DNA of 31,742 nt, from the IMG/VR virus record IMGVR_UViG_3300037604_000004, positions 1 to 31,742 of that record; one strand, given 5' to 3'. The notes beneath the pieces were generated by a model that made no database searches, had not been told where the DNA came from, and saw only the letters and a list, made by a program, of their open reading frames with translations. Of the stretch, positions 1-9,000 are shown piece by piece. Position 1 is the first letter of the stretch. Each line of letters opens with the position of its first letter. The translations under genes were made by a program, and so were the position numbers. The DNA is from a virus (lineage: Duplodnaviria; Caudoviricetes).

Positions 1-1592
1 GTAGCAGAGCCGACTTGTGCAGATGTTGGTGCGGATGCTGGCAAGTTTGTCAGACCAGAGCCATCACCAATGAAGGCATTAGCGGTCACTGTCCCAGCCG
101 AGTTAAACACGACAGAACCACCAGTGCTTGGGTAGTCAAAGCGCATGGAGTTCTGAGAAACCGTTTGGTTCCACTGATAAGCCCAGTTGATGTATGAGTC
201 GGCTTGCATGTTTATTGGGGTGCCGTAGCTCATATACAACTCGGTATAGAAAATACCGCTATTAGCAGACAGCCACCCCGATGCGCCGAGGCTACCTTGC
301 ACAGACACATTGTTAGCAGCCTGCAAGGTGATCTCGTCGTCAGACGTTATGAAGACGCTGCCAGATGGACCTGTTTCAGCATATGCTTCAATTTTAACGT
401 CTGCACCACCATAGGACACGATGCGAGTGCTTCCAGCCCCATAATGATAAATGCCAACATTGCCAGACTCAGTGGTCATTAACTTGGAGTTCAAGTCAAG
501 GTTACCACCAAGCTGTGGCGTAAGGTCTTCGACTACGTTCGAGATACCGCCACTAGCGGCAGCCCACTCAGTTCCAGTAGCAGTTGCGTTTACAGTAAGA
601 ACCTGACCAGCAGTCCCAAATGTTGCTGGAATATTCTTAGCGATGTCACGACCATCTACAGTTCCTGTAACGGTAATGTTGCCTTCAAGCTGGAGACCGC
701 CGTTGTTTACAACAAGATCATCTTGTGAACTAGTAAGCTCAGCGCCGCCTACAGTTAGCGTGCCAGTCACTGTGGTGCCGTTAGCAGAATACAGAGTGAT
801 GGCATTGTCAGAGTAAAGGTTGATGCTGCCAGCCGCCGCCGTTTCTGCATAAGTTGAAATATTTACATTAGCACCTTCATAAGTTTTGAACTCAATACCA
901 CCAGTGCTGTAGTGAAGGATACCAGTATAACCAGCCGCATCCATTGTCATCCGCTTACCATTCAGGTCAAGATGACCGCCTAGTTGCGGGGAAGTATCTT
1001 CAACAATGTTTTGAAGTGCGCTAGTAGCAAGTGCGCCAGCAGCCGCTACATCCACACCGTCCACAGTGCCACCAACAGTGATGTTTCCAGTGACATCTAG
1101 TGTGTTCTGGAAGTATGCAGGGCTTTCAACCGTGAAGTTGGTAGCATTACCGAAAATGCTCCCACCAATGCTGATCGACGGCCCACTAAAGCCACCAGAC
1201 GCATAGATATCATCGAAGACGTAAAGGCTTCCCTCTGCGTTCGCCACGAGGATGCCGCCAATAGTGATGTCGCCAAACGCAGCATTGTCATTGGGCTGGA
1301 TAGCAGTATCAGCAAGCGCACCCTGAGCGGCAGTCGCAAAGGCAGACGCATGGTTGCCATCAAGAAGGTCAGCATCTAGGCCAGAGCCAGAGCCGTCAAC
1401 AGTCTTAATCTCAGTAAGGATTTCGGAGGCAGTCATAGAACCACCACCAATTTCTACGATGTTAGAGTTGCCATCCTTAGAGTACAATTTCTTGTCTGTA
1501 AGGTTAAGGGCAATCTCACCAATCTCTAGGTCACCAGAAAGGGGGACTTTAGAGGCAACAGTAGATTTCTTGGGGATGATCTTAGTAGACAT
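1..1592 (-). CDS. Fibre protein (partial, C-terminus beyond window), T4 gp37-like N-terminal module
   Basis: Not in ORF track because there is no stop in the window. ATG at 1592 with GGAGG RBS. Reads MSTKIIPKKSTVASKVPLSGDLEIGEIALNLTDKKLYSKDG..., contains fibre motifs DGSGSGLDADLLDG, VEDxxPQLGGxLDLN (x2) and FIGDGSGLTNLP. Frame is open to base 1. Confidence 0.85.
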   Translation of the reverse strand, partial: MSTKIIPKKSTVASKVPLSGDLEIGEIALNLTDKKLYSKDGNSNIVEIGGGSMTASEILTEIKTVDGSGSGLDADLLDGNHASAFATAAQGALADTAIQPNDNAAFGDITIGGILVANAEGSLYVFDDIYASGGFSGPSISIGGSIFGNATNFTVESPAYFQNTLDVTGNITVGGTVDGVDVAAAGALATSALQNIVEDTSPQLGGHLDLNGKRMTMDAAGYTGILHYSTGGIEFKTYEGANVNISTYAETAAAGSINLYSDNAITLYSANGTTVTGTLTVGGAELTSSQDDLVVNNGGLQLEGNITVTGTVDGRDIAKNIPATFGTAGQVLTVNATATGTEWAAASGGISNVVEDLTPQLGGNLDLNSKLMTTESGNVGIYHYGAGSTRIVSYGGADVKIEAYAETGPSGSVFITSDDEITLQAANNVSVQGSLGASGWLSANSGIFYTELYMSYGTPINMQADSYINWAYQWNQTVSQNSMRFDYPSTGGSVVFNSAGTVTANAFIGDGSGLTNLPASAPTSAQVGSA

Positions 1593-1613
1593 ATAGATGC
1601 CTCCGAAAGTTAA

Positions 1614-2579
1614 TTAGTATGTACCGCCGTCAATGGTGACGTTCTGTAGTGGGTAGTTGCCCATGTCCCAAGCATCGTTAGCTTCGTTCCAGATAAACTG
1701 TACGTTAGTGCTTGTGCCACGTTCAACTTCAAAACCTGCGTTCTGAGAAGGTGTTCCAGTTTCATCCGAGTTAAGTACGATGATGTTGTCACCGATGTTA
1801 ACCGTGTTGGAGTTTACTGTGGTAGTTGTACCGTTAACGACAAGGTTACCGCCGACAGTAACGTCCGAAGAGAACGAACCAGTTGTTGCTGTAAGGCCAC
1901 CAACTTGGATTGCGTTAGTAGTAACTGCACCACGATCCGTTACAGAGTCCAGAGTGTCGGTCTCAGTGTAACCAGTGATAAAGCCAGCATCGTTATTGAA
2001 ACCAGAGAGGTTGATGTTACCTTTGGTCAATTTGCGCTGTGCGTTAACTGAGTCAACAACAACAAAGAAGTCACCATCACCATCCGTAGTGGATGTAGTC
2101 AACTCGCTAAGGTCTACGCTAAACTCAGTGCCAACAAGGTCAAGTGCAGTACCAGCGGTATAAGTTGTGTTGGTGTCTGTTGCAGCGATAGTGAAGTTAG
2201 GGTACGTACCAGTGATGGTTACGTTAGAACCCTCGGTCAGCGTGACAGTCTGGTCAGGGGCAGTGTTGGTAATAGTCGTACCAGTAATGTCAATACCAGT
2301 GCCAGCCGAGTACACATAACCAGAAACGTCCCAAGAAGTACCGTTGTAGGTCTTCAGGATGTTGTTTGTGCTATCGTACCAGAGGTCGCCCTCAGAAGGT
2401 GCCGAAGGTGCAGTACCGTTAACAAACGCAGAGCCAAGCGTTACGATGGCGTCAGAGTTGTTCTTGGTGTAGACCTTACGGTCAGCAAGGTTGATAGCAA
2501 GTTCGCCACGTTCGAGATCAGAAGTAAGTGGTGCTGAACCTGCTGTGGAGTTATTCTTAATTAGGATTTTTGTAGCCAT
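1614..2579 (-). CDS. Fibre protein / fibre connector (321 aa)
   Basis: N-terminal GELAINLADRKVYTK resembles the T4 gp37 N-terminus; GDLWYDS, YTAGTGIDI and GNLVVNGTTTTVNS motifs; Thr/Gly-rich; ends IDGGTY. Confidence 0.8.
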   Translation of the reverse strand: MATKILIKNNSTAGSAPLTSDLERGELAINLADRKVYTKNNSDAIVTLGSAFVNGTAPSAPSEGDLWYDSTNNILKTYNGTSWDVSGYVYSAGTGIDITGTTITNTAPDQTVTLTEGSNVTITGTYPNFTIAATDTNTTYTAGTALDLVGTEFSVDLSELTTSTTDGDGDFFVVVDSVNAQRKLTKGNINLSGFNNDAGFITGYTETDTLDSVTDRGAVTTNAIQVGGLTATTGSFSSDVTVGGNLVVNGTTTTVNSNTVNIGDNIIVLNSDETGTPSQNAGFEVERGTSTNVQFIWNEANDAWDMGNYPLQNVTIDGGTY

Positions 2580-3103
2580 TAGAAGGAACCACCCTTAATA
2601 ATTAGATTTTCGTTTTGCAGAGTGTTAGTAGCCTTGTACTTGGAGCTATTTGAGTCATACGACAAAACAGAACCATCTGATTGTGCAGAGTTGTCTACAT
2701 CATCCAGTTTATTTGTTGTAAGCCTGTAATTCTTCCAAGAGTTAGATGCCTGATCGTAAAGGAGAGCATCACCATCGGAGGCGTTTGTCACTGCAAACTT
2801 AAGTGTCGGGAGTACCTCTGCAACAGCAGCGATATAAACAATGGCTTTACCAAAGAGGTTGATCTTATTGCCAGAGTTAGAACTCTCAGAGGGGTTCCTT
2901 GTGAGAGTGTTTGAAGTCTCATCAAAAGTACCGAGGCCAATCTCCCAGTTAGCCCCCTCCTCAATGACGTAGTACAACTCATCGCCATCAGAGGCACCAG
3001 CCGATACGAGACCTTGGAAACCATTAAGGGGGTTACCTATAGCAATATCGGATGTGCCAAGGCTTGTAGTTGCAAACTTTACTCGGTTTACAAACTTAGC
3101 CAT
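2579..3103 (-). CDS. Structural protein, probable fibre anchor/adaptor (174 aa)
   Basis: Start moved to ATG 3103 (GAGG RBS, overlaps portal stop). NRVK...WEIGLGT...LTR...SSNSG N-terminal domain is typical of alphaproteobacterial phage fibre N-termini (recalled, not searched); ends IKGGSF. Confidence 0.6.
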   Translation of the reverse strand: MAKFVNRVKFATTSLGTSDIAIGNPLNGFQGLVSAGASDGDELYYVIEEGANWEIGLGTFDETSNTLTRNPSESSNSGNKINLFGKAIVYIAAVAEVLPTLKFAVTNASDGDALLYDQASNSWKNYRLTTNKLDDVDNSAQSDGSVLSYDSNSSKYKATNTLQNENLIIKGGSF

Positions 3104-4436
3104 TTTGATCCTCACTCACTTGGGTGTTACCAACTTCTGGATCATAGTTCAGTTCAGCAATGTCCATCAGGTCACTAATGACTTCAGGATGGTTACTAAC
3201 GTCGATATTCGCACCGTTAAGGTTACGAAGGAATGCAGCAATCTCACGGAGATCATGCGGAGCAACATCGCCAGCTTCAACAGTTGGCATCAGGTCATAG
3301 TTCAGACCGTTCAACTCCCAGAGACGTTCAACCAACTGTTTGTTGAGAACATCTACGATTGCTTGGATGTAACTCTCAAGCGCACGGAGGAACAGGTCTG
3401 TCTTCGACTTAGAGAGGGCATAGGAGCCGCCCTGCGATCCAAGAAGAAGAAACTCAGACAGGACCGACCTTGCAATGTCGTGTTGATAACGACGAACAAT
3501 AGGGTCGATCTCGACGTTACGAGTACCAGACGATGACATAAGCTCAACATCAACCAAACGGTTATTGCTCAACTTACCTTCAGTGTCAGTGTAGACATCA
3601 GATGGCAGGATGATGTAACCTTGTTCGTTGAACTTGACATCACGGAGGATAGTCTGTAGGTTAGCTACAAACTGTGCTTGTGCAGCACTAGCGTCTGGCC
3701 CAAGATACTCAGCAGGAACACGGGCTACTGGGATACCAGCAAGTTCACGTTCCACTGCAATAGCTTCAATCATCTGGAGGTTATTCAGGAACTCATACGA
3801 GGTATAAGCATTCCGAAGAATAGAACGACCAGATGGGTCACCATTAAGGCTTGTAGTGCGATAGTAGAGGCACTTATTGATTGGGATGTAGTTCTTGTTG
3901 TTGAAACCACCAACGGTTTGTTCAATACCTAGAACCTCACCAGTAGTCTTATCAACATCAAAGCGGTTAATTGTCCAAGGAGCACGAGCAGCAATCTTAC
4001 GAACACCGATACGACCATCAGTGTACTTGGACTTCTTCTTAGGGGATCGTTCAGAAGGGCCTACTCGACGCTTATAGACAACCTCGAAGGGCATAAAGCC
4101 ATACGACAAATAAGCGATAGCTTCAGCTACGTGATCGTCTAGGGTATGTTCCATGTCATCAAAGACAGAGAGAACAAAGTCAGCTTCAGCTTTAGCAGCA
4201 GGGGTGTCGTTAGCAGGTTTAACCTTCAGCTTTACGTCACGGAGAACTTGTTCAGCGGCATACATAACAGCACCGATAGTGCTATCGTTGTCACGCATCT
4301 CACGATACTTACGGATAGCCTTACGGCCCCGTAGTTCTGGCAGAAATTCGTCGGCTCTAATCTGACCGTTGTGGGTGTTATCACCAGCTACACCTAGTAC
4401 CTTGGTGGATTGTGTTTCCGACAATTGTTTTGCCAT
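3096..4436 (-). CDS. Portal protein (DUF935 / Mu gp29-like)
   Basis: 446 aa directly after TerL; motifs YGFMPFEVVYK, GRSILRNAY, ERELAGIPV, IARSVLSEFL, GSYALS. Confidence 0.85.
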   Translation of the reverse strand: MAKQLSETQSTKVLGVAGDNTHNGQIRADEFLPELRGRKAIRKYREMRDNDSTIGAVMYAAEQVLRDVKLKVKPANDTPAAKAEADFVLSVFDDMEHTLDDHVAEAIAYLSYGFMPFEVVYKRRVGPSERSPKKKSKYTDGRIGVRKIAARAPWTINRFDVDKTTGEVLGIEQTVGGFNNKNYIPINKCLYYRTTSLNGDPSGRSILRNAYTSYEFLNNLQMIEAIAVERELAGIPVARVPAEYLGPDASAAQAQFVANLQTILRDVKFNEQGYIILPSDVYTDTEGKLSNNRLVDVELMSSSGTRNVEIDPIVRRYQHDIARSVLSEFLLLGSQGGSYALSKSKTDLFLRALESYIQAIVDVLNKQLVERLWELNGLNYDLMPTVEAGDVAPHDLREIAAFLRNLNGANIDVSNHPEVISDLMDIAELNYDPEVGNTQVSEDQNG

Positions 4437-4448
4437 TGTTCTTACCTA

Positions 4449-5831
4449 TTATCGACGTGAAAGCCCCTTAGATGATGAATAGGCGAGTTGCAGTTGGGGC
4501 TTCTGAACGCCTTTAAGTGAGAGGTCTGTTAAGGCCCATACACAGGCATCCAATCTATCAGGTGAACCAATCGACCCTAGTGGTTCCCAAGTTCTCATTT
4601 GAGTTTCTAGTTCGTTAAGGTTAGCCCCATCTTCGGGGTTGCTTACATGCTTGACAAGTCCCCGTTCGTAAAGAGCAGAGATAGGTTCAGCACGAGCAAA
4701 CTTACCACGGGAAGCATGTACCAGCTTAACAGGCACTGTCTCATCTTCACCATGCAGTGTAGTCCTTACCATATCACCGCCTTGGTTCTTCTCGGCAACG
4801 ATACGGTCAGCATTGTATTTGTGGTATAGGGAAATAGCTTTAGCTGCCCACCCTTGAGGAGACAGCTTTTCAGTGTAGTCACCAAGTACATAGGAGATGC
4901 CATTGACATCAATCCCTGCAACTACAATCCCTGTCATGTCACTCTCTTTGTTAGCTGTGACAGCAGGGTCGATAGCAACGACAATACGGTTAAGGTTGGG
5001 AACATCCTCAGCCTTAATCTCAGCCTTCTCTAGCATCTCAGTGGACCAGAGAGCACCTTCAGCTTCCTCTAGAACCTCAGCATAAAGTTCCTGACGACCT
5101 AGACGAGTACCCTCATACTGAGCCTTAACAGCTTCAAGGTAAGTACCAGCAAGGTTGGCAGCATTGTCAAAGGTAGAACCACCAGTGACAAATGTGTTCT
5201 TGTCCTTCATAAGACGACGAACTAGCTTAGTAGGCTTAGGGGTAGTGGTAACTACAATACGGGGATGTTTACCTAGACGCATACAGAACTGCAACATATC
5301 CCAAGTGTCAATGTCTTTGTTCCAAGCAGCAAGCTCATCACACCAAGCAATCTCAAACTGTGGACCACGGAGACGTTCAGGTTCCTCAGCAGAGAAGAAC
5401 TGAACAGTAGCACCATTTTCCCAAGTGAGTGTACGTTTAGTGGGAGAGTACTCAGGGAAGCCCATAGCTTTACCCTTGTATGTCTTATCACCCTTCCAAC
5501 AAACAGAAAGGAAGCCAGACTCGCCTTTAACCATAACTCGTTCAATATCAGAGTTGGTAGCAGCTACAGCAGCAATACGCTTCTTACCGAGCTTAACTTG
5601 TTCCCTGACCCATTCAACACCCGTACGGGTCTTACCGAAACCACGACCAGCATTAATGAACCAAGTGTTCCAGTCACCCTCAGGTTCTAACTGTGCATCC
5701 CTAGCCCAGAAGTTCCAGTCATGCTTAAGCTCTTCAGTCTTTTGTGGACCTAGTTGCTCAAAGAGTGACTTAACTTCTTTAGCTGTAAGATCACGAAGTG
5801 TGTCAGCCGTTATCAGTCTCTTCTTGGTCAT
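4449..5831 (-). CDS. terL: Terminase large subunit
   Basis: Walker A AGRGFGKT, Walker B AWCDE, coupling motif TTTP, nuclease AIDPA...PDRLDA. ATG 5831 has an AAGGA RBS (ORF track start 5843). Confidence 0.95.
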   Translation of the reverse strand: MTKKRLITADTLRDLTAKEVKSLFEQLGPQKTEELKHDWNFWARDAQLEPEGDWNTWFINAGRGFGKTRTGVEWVREQVKLGKKRIAAVAATNSDIERVMVKGESGFLSVCWKGDKTYKGKAMGFPEYSPTKRTLTWENGATVQFFSAEEPERLRGPQFEIAWCDELAAWNKDIDTWDMLQFCMRLGKHPRIVVTTTPKPTKLVRRLMKDKNTFVTGGSTFDNAANLAGTYLEAVKAQYEGTRLGRQELYAEVLEEAEGALWSTEMLEKAEIKAEDVPNLNRIVVAIDPAVTANKESDMTGIVVAGIDVNGISYVLGDYTEKLSPQGWAAKAISLYHKYNADRIVAEKNQGGDMVRTTLHGEDETVPVKLVHASRGKFARAEPISALYERGLVKHVSNPEDGANLNELETQMRTWEPLGSIGSPDRLDACVWALTDLSLKGVQKPQLQLAYSSSKGLSRR

Positions 5832-6198
5832 TATCCTTACCAAGCAATGCCATCAGTGTGTCGATAGCACTCTCGTCCATGTCGGGGTCAACGTCTTGTT
5901 CAGCTTCAACTACAGTGTTGGTCGGGGACCAGCCACCCTTACTGCGGAGGAACAATTCTTGGGACTTGAAGTCACCTTCTAGGGCTTGGTCAATTACTTT
6001 CTTACCAACCATGCCATTAATCTTAGCACGTTCACGATGAATGAAATCACCATAAATCTTGTAGAGGGTAGAAAGAGACTTAGGTGCTCCCTGTAGATGC
6101 TGCATAGAAGCAATCATATCACGGATGCCTACACCACCCTGAATGCACTCAAGGATGTGCTTTTCTACATGCTTGCTGTAGGGTAGTTGTTCTGCCAT
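5803..6198 (-). CDS. terS: Terminase small subunit (probable)
   Basis: 131 aa helical protein immediately upstream of and overlapping terL; HTH-like N-terminus, ALEGD...LFLRSKGGW motif. Confidence 0.7.
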   Translation of the reverse strand: MAEQLPYSKHVEKHILECIQGGVGIRDMIASMQHLQGAPKSLSTLYKIYGDFIHRERAKINGMVGKKVIDQALEGDFKSQELFLRSKGGWSPTNTVVEAEQDVDPDMDESAIDTLMALLGKDNDQEETDNG

Positions 6199-6420
6199 GA
6201 TTCTAAGAATCCTATTCCTGTCGCAGCATAGCTGCTCCTATATCTTCTATAACTACAAACAATAGTGGGTAGTCGAGATTATAATATTTATGAGGTACTA
6301 CAAATAGTAGTTATACAACTTAAGTCCATCGGCAAGACTGCATACCTGAGGAGGGAAGTGAAGACGTATGTCTTGGTTGAACTTAAGATGTATAGATACT
6401 ACAAGATTATGAGAGATTAA

Positions 6421-6514
6421 AGAGACTCTTAAGTCTTATACTATAGCTTATTAAATTCTATTGTGATTTATAATGCTCTAGATGAAAACTTAAGATTAAT
6501 ACTTAAGAGTCTCT
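6421..6514. repeat. Perfect 14-bp inverted repeat AGAGACTCTTAAGT / ACTTAAGAGTCTCT
   Basis: Arms at 6421-6434 and 6501-6514, within an AT-rich leader carrying several CTTAAG hexamers. Confidence 0.85.
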
Positions 6515-6521
6515 ACTATAC

Positions 6522-6551
6522 TATAGGCACCTCAGAACGGAAAAGTAAAGT
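6522..6551 (-). promoter_or_regulatory. Phage-specific promoter ACTTTACT-N8-CTGAGGTGCCTATA (packaging/structural operon)
   Basis: Same motif and spacing as 15729-15758 and 19701-19730; points toward terS. Confidence 0.8.
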
Positions 6552-7104
6552 GGTTTTCTTAACTTATTTTACAGAATCTTGTAAGTTATTGAAATCTAAC
6601 GAAAGAAAATTTTACTTTTTCCTGTCGTGGGTGGTCAACATTGGCTGTAGTCCCCAGATTAGACCCCCTGTCGTAACATATTGTAACAATTCGTGATGTT
6701 AACGTGGCGTCAAGTAAGACCAAAGTATTTTCTTGTTTCGGGTTTGTAGTGCATAGTGGACCACTATACCCTCCCAGCCTCAGAATGTCAAGGGTCCCAT
6801 TAGTATAGTCCTGTGTATCAAAAGTATAGGCAAGAGAGCAAAAGGATAGGTGATTCTACCCGATTGTGTCGTCAACCTATACTAAATCGTGGGCTTTTGC
6901 ATTGGAATCTACCTAGATGTGGGGTTGACAAAAGAAAATTGGGCAAGAGGGGGGTGATTCGGCTACACATCCCCATACCGATTCGTATATCTAAACTAAA
7001 CGGTCTAGTTTACTTATGGGGTAAAGCATTTGATTCTAAGCCATTGAAATTGGGGTATTATGACAACACAACCGTAGAGCCATTGTAAGGCATGCTACAA
7101 CGCC

Positions 7105-7131
7105 GAAAGCCCCAACCGCTAGGGTAGGGGC
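7105..7131 (-). terminator. Possible terminator of the leftward island operon
   Basis: Imperfect GC stem (GCCCC...GGGGC) followed by TTT on the - strand, 45 nt after the last operon gene. Confidence 0.4.
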
Positions 7132-7175
7132 AGACGACACAGAGTTGGGCTTGTATGGCCCTAGAATCGGGCTTG

Positions 7176-7343
7176 TTACTGGTTCAATTCGGTATACTCC
7201 GCATATGCTATTTCATAAACCTTAGACGGGTTGAGTCCGTGGCGGGTTGCGACTTCGTCACATATCGAACGCAACGGGACTCGCTTGGACTCGGTGTAAT
7301 ATCGGGCGATTGCTGCGGATGCTGCGGTTGATAAGTTAATCAT
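7176..7343 (-). CDS. Hypothetical protein (55 aa)
   Basis: Below ORF-track cutoff; AGGAG RBS; MINLSTAASAAIARYYTESKRVPLRSICDEVATRHGLNPSKVYEIAYAEYTELNQ. Confidence 0.7.
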   Translation of the reverse strand: MINLSTAASAAIARYYTESKRVPLRSICDEVATRHGLNPSKVYEIAYAEYTELNQ

Positions 7344-7361
7344 GGTCAGGTGACTCCTATA

Positions 7362-7511
7362 TCAAAAGGTCAGACGGATTAGGACAATGCTACAATCTGG
7401 ATATTCTTCTCTTAGCCATTCGGTGACATTGTCCACTAGATCGGGGATTTCTACCGTTACCGAAAATTCATCCCCTAATTCATCAACCATGACGACATGA
7501 AAGCGATTCAT
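7362..7511 (-). CDS. Hypothetical acidic protein (49 aa)
   Basis: GAGGAG RBS before ATG 7511; MNRFHVVMVDELGDEF... Confidence 0.7.
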   Translation of the reverse strand: MNRFHVVMVDELGDEFSVTVEIPDLVDNVTEWLREEYPDCSIVLIRLTF

Positions 7512-7590
7512 TGATCCGACTCCTCTTTTAGAATTGCGATACATAGGGCGACAAAACATGCCGTCATGAGTGTGATTAGAATTGCGTTAA

Positions 7591-8334
7591 TCATTGTACA
7601 AGTTCCTTTGCTTTACGTTTAGCGATGCCATGCGCAACGATAGCGACCGATTTTGCCTTAACGGATGATCCAGCGCACAGCTTGCAAGACTCGCATTGCA
7701 CCCGTTGGCCCGCCTCTTCACTTGCGGGGCATAGAACCTCTTTGCCTTTGATCAACGAGTCTAAACCTTTGATCACCCGAAACGTACGTTCACCACGTTG
7801 CCAAGCTGACTCCGCTTGCGCTGCGGATTCTGCGCTAGTCATGATTTTGTCAGGGGCGGGGTTGATTGCGCCATGTGTGTAAGCCGTCCACCCTTGCGCC
7901 GCAGAGATTAACGAGTCCCAAATGTATTGGGGGACCGCTGCGGGGTCGCCATACGTTCCGAGTCGGACCATGCGACCTAATCCCAACGCCCTGATTGCGT
8001 CGTGACCTTCGACCTTGCTATAGCGGCCCGCCTTGTATGCTTTGTATTTACCCAATGGCCCGTGGGCCAAGGTTACATAGCAGGTCCGCTCTTTCGCTTG
8101 CCCCGTTGCTTTATCGCTGGGTGTTCCCATATGCGGACACGTTCCACAAATTGCCTTATCTGCACCCGTTCGGCTGGCGGTGATTGGGTCCATGTCTGAT
8201 CTAACCACGTATGTCTGGACCATGTCGCCCGTTTTCCTATTTGTTGAACCCGTTTGGATCAAAACCACGATAGGCGACCCATCATATAGGGACGGACCTT
8301 CGTATGCGATAAATGTTTCGTTGTTGCTTGCCAT
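7591..8334 (-). CDS. Cys-rich putative Fe-S / metal-binding protein (Gp88-like, radical-SAM-related)
   Basis: AAGGAG RBS; CGTCPH...TCYV, RLGTYGDP, WTAYTH and CPAS...CESCKLC motifs. Confidence 0.6.
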   Translation of the reverse strand: MASNNETFIAYEGPSLYDGSPIVVLIQTGSTNRKTGDMVQTYVVRSDMDPITASRTGADKAICGTCPHMGTPSDKATGQAKERTCYVTLAHGPLGKYKAYKAGRYSKVEGHDAIRALGLGRMVRLGTYGDPAAVPQYIWDSLISAAQGWTAYTHGAINPAPDKIMTSAESAAQAESAWQRGERTFRVIKGLDSLIKGKEVLCPASEEAGQRVQCESCKLCAGSSVKAKSVAIVAHGIAKRKAKELVQ

Positions 8335-8367
8335 TGTAACGACTCCTTGCGTTGGCGTGGGTTGGGT

Positions 8368-8383
8368 GGGGGCTTTCGCCCCC
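8368..8383. other. GC hairpin with GAAA tetraloop (- strand), intergenic
   Basis: GGGGGC-TTTC-GCCCCC on the + strand; no U-tract on the coding (-) strand, so more likely a stability or processing element than a terminator. Confidence 0.5.
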
Positions 8384-8392
8384 GTGTCTTAT

Positions 8393-8602
8393 TTAAAGAA
8401 ATTCCTGCATCATGCAACGTAGTTCCTCTTGGTAATCGTCATATCGGGCGAAAATGTCGTTTGCCGCTTCAAAATCGCCCGCCTTTTCGAATAGGTCGCT
8501 TGCAGCTTGGATCATGTTAGGGTGGCAGAGTGCGAGGTCCATGCTTTCCTCTTTAAAGAGGCGTTGGGCGGTAGCGGCGGAGAAAATTTTTGGTGCGGTC
8601 AT
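8393..8602 (-). CDS. Hypothetical acidic protein (69 aa), first gene of the leftward island operon
   Basis: AAGGA RBS before ATG 8602; MTAPKIFSAATAQRLF... Confidence 0.7.
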   Translation of the reverse strand: MTAPKIFSAATAQRLFKEESMDLALCHPNMIQAASDLFEKAGDFEAANDIFARYDDYQEELRCMMQEFL

Positions 8603-8642
8603 TGTCTTATTCCTTGTGTGTCGTTGTTTCCGATAACAAAGG

Positions 8643-8671
8643 TTATATGGTGATTCGTTGCATTGAGTCCA
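8643..8671 (-). promoter_or_regulatory. Host sigma70-type promoter with two GANTC sites
   Basis: TGGACT-17 nt ending GAATCACC-ATATAA, 40 nt upstream of ATG 8602. Confidence 0.55.
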
Positions 8672-9000
8672 GCAAAATCGACACGGATTCCAAATTGCCA
8701 AAAATCACATTTTGTCGTTTCCCCCTATTGACGACTCACGGGCCGATAAGATATGATTCTCGTGAGGTCAGGAAAAATCGGCGGACACCGATTCTGTATG
8801 GGACGGTTTGGGAGTGCGGAATCTATTCTTAATTAATGTTAACGTGTTTTACATTATTTGACTCGCCTATAAGTAGGTATGCACAAAACGCATGGCAGCT
8901 ATGCTATTGACAAGAACGGAATCTCATGGGGCAAGCTGGACGGGTAGAACGAATCACCCAAGGAGTCGCCTTATGCGAGTTATATACTTATGAGAATCCA

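Noticed and set aside
15-5982. Numerous + strand ORFs (e.g. 3054-3536, 5425-5982) and alternative-frame - strand ORFs
   Set aside because: Shadows of the fibre, portal and terminase genes; no RBS or recognisable motifs.
6463-7088. + strand ORFs 6463-6696 and 6813-7088
   Set aside because: GTG starts without RBS; they span promoter and repeat elements and have atypical composition.
8829-8843. Possible CtrA box TTAA...TTAAC
   Set aside because: Spacing is N6, not the canonical N7; only a half-site can be supported.
8848-8875. TTTAC...GCCTATAAGTA as a fourth phage-sigma promoter
   Set aside because: Lacks CTGAGGT and the spacing is 12 rather than 16 nt.
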